A stretch of 63,744 nt of DNA, counting the filler, from Candidatus Lindowbacteria bacterium RIFCSPLOWO2_12_FULL_62_27 (GTDB lineage Bacteria > Lindowbacteria > 2-12-FULL-62-27): NCBI GenBank assembly GCA_001784175.1. It is 3 parts of 3 records of this genome, joined end to end, with 100 filler letters (N's around TTAATTAATTAA, not from the genome) between each part and the next. Parts side by side here need not be neighbours in the genome. Positions count along the whole stretch, not along the records: positions 49,452 to 63,744 come from MFPR01000029.1; 2 more parts are not named here. One strand, 5' to 3'. How positions within the stretch are numbered: position 1 is the stretch's first letter; every line of letters begins with the position of its first letter. Below the pieces are notes generated by a model. The model made no database searches. It was not told the origin of the DNA and saw only the letters and a list, made by a program, of their open reading frames with translations. Both the position numbers and the translations under genes were made by a program. This document shows, in pieces, positions 62,457 through 63,744 of this stretch.

Positions 62457-63744
62457 TCACCCACCCCTTCCTGCCTTCCTGCCTTCCTTATAAAAAATAT
62501 CTCTTTTTCTTTTTACTCTTCTCCATTTCCTGCTCCTTCTCCCCCAACCGGGCCGATGCCCTGTCGATCATGTACCCCGGCGAAGGCCTGAAGACCGTCG
62601 TGTCCGCGGCCGGCGAGGAAGTGAAGAAAGTATTGGACGCGGACAACGACGTGTCGCGCGCGGCAAAGGGCGCGCTGAACCTGATCGACCCGAACACATG
62701 GGCGACGCATTTCGACCAGTTCGACATGGACCTCACGCTCTCGGCCTATCACAACACCATCGACGGCAACCGCACGCGCTCGTTCCTGAAACCGGGGACG
62801 CAGACGCAGGAGCAGGCGAACATCGGCGGCAAAAAACGCTACGCGAATTTCGGCGGCGGGGAGTTCGAGTTCAAATCGTCGCTCCGCTCGACGGACGATC
62901 GGCAGGTCGACGCGGTGAAACGAACGCGCCTGCAGGGACTGTACGGCACGTTCTCGCGTCCTGACGACTACTCCCTGCGACTCGGCAACGTGAGCGGATC
63001 GTTCACGTCGTATTCGTTGTCATCGAGCGCGAATGTGGGGGCGCACCTGACGAAAGAATTGGGCGGGAAAAATATGTTTCAGGAAATGCAACTCTATTTC
63101 GGCCGGCCGACGCGGCACATCGAAGGCAGTTCGTTCACGCGGTACGTCGGAGGGATGCGCCTAGCGGACCTCGAAGTGGAGGGATGGGACAAGCTGGACA
63201 AATTCGGGCTGTCCTACGTCAAGACGAAAGACATCGTGGACAGCATCAAGGACACGAGCGCGCGCCCGGCGAACGCGGTGGAGAACCAAGTGGTGTCGGC
63301 GGACGCGAGTTTCAAATTCGGCGACGACGCCCAGGTAGCGGCCGAGTGGGCGTATTCAAAAACCGACCCGAACACGCAGTCGAATCCCGCGGACCGCCTC
63401 AAGGGGTCGGCCTACAAGGTGAACGGGTCGTATCGGGCCAAGGCGCGTTTGGGATTCGACGCGACGAGCGTGACGTCGTCATTCGAGGAAGTCGACCCGG
63501 ACTTTCGCTCGACCAGCGGCGGCGGATCGCCGGACGCGCGTCGGGCAACGCTGGGCCTGAACAGCGGGATGAAACTCCACGGCAACCTGCCGGACCTCAC
63601 GATGTCGTACAGCGGCAATTCGAGCCGGAACAACCTCGAAAACCAGATCGCGCGCCGGACGACCTCGACGGTGCACAATTTCAATTTCAGTTTCAAGCCG
63701 TACCAGAAAACGAAGGACGTTTCCGGTGAATTGTGGAACACCGC
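62450..63744 (+). CDS. N-terminal part of an outer-membrane beta-barrel (not in the ORF track; runs off the window end)
   Basis: Manually translated with no stop: MVVTHPFLPSCLPYKKYLFFFLLFSISCSFSPNRADA-LSIMY...YSLRLGNVSGSFTSYSL...AAEWAYS...FEEVDPDFRS...VSGELWNT. Confidence 0.85.
   Translation, partial: MVVTHPFLPSCLPYKKYLFFFLLFSISCSFSPNRADALSIMYPGEGLKTVVSAAGEEVKKVLDADNDVSRAAKGALNLIDPNTWATHFDQFDMDLTLSAYHNTIDGNRTRSFLKPGTQTQEQANIGGKKRYANFGGGEFEFKSSLRSTDDRQVDAVKRTRLQGLYGTFSRPDDYSLRLGNVSGSFTSYSLSSSANVGAHLTKELGGKNMFQEMQLYFGRPTRHIEGSSFTRYVGGMRLADLEVEGWDKLDKFGLSYVKTKDIVDSIKDTSARPANAVENQVVSADASFKFGDDAQVAAEWAYSKTDPNTQSNPADRLKGSAYKVNGSYRAKARLGFDATSVTSSFEEVDPDFRSTSGGGSPDARRATLGLNSGMKLHGNLPDLTMSYSGNSSRNNLENQIARRTTSTVHNFNFSFKPYQKTKDVSGELWNT

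Noticed and set aside
49452-63744. Contig C as a plasmid or phage
   Set aside because: No replication, partition, integrase, capsid or terminase gene is recognisable.

Overview
High-GC diderm bacterial DNA that looks like a draft or metagenome assembly. It consists of three contigs joined by artificial N-TTAATTAATTAA-N linkers (24863-24874 and 49396-49407), so adjacency across the linkers is not biological. Contig A (1 to ~24.8 kb) has two convergent envelope operons. The plus-strand one encodes a giant beta-helix/Fn3 protein with a T9SS-like C-terminal domain (CTD), an AlgE-like barrel, an SLH-like protein and a FecR-domain protein. The minus-strand one encodes a giant acidic repeat protein with a CTD, a PorV/UPF0164 barrel, ExbB, ExbD, TonB, a 1016-aa TPR protein and a TonB-box-like periplasmic protein. 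Contig B (~24.9-49.35 kb) has a truncated brnT and a ~24-kb minus-strand locus in which glycogen/starch-binding modules (CBM48/CBM20-like) are fused to a CTD cargo, a six-CBM protein, an ABC permease, an outer-membrane barrel and a lipoprotein. The locus also has two PorV paralogs, two embedded diguanylate cyclases and a tandem array of at least 4 paralogous secreted proteins separated by structured repeats. No glycoside hydrolase or SusC/D is visible. Contig C (49452-63744) has identical 24-bp ends that rejoin one barrel gene in frame, so it is circular or a collapsed repeat. It carries an adhesin operon with a poly-C promoter and a possible donor-strand link between two proteins. All domain calls are by eye from motifs; no database searches were run.
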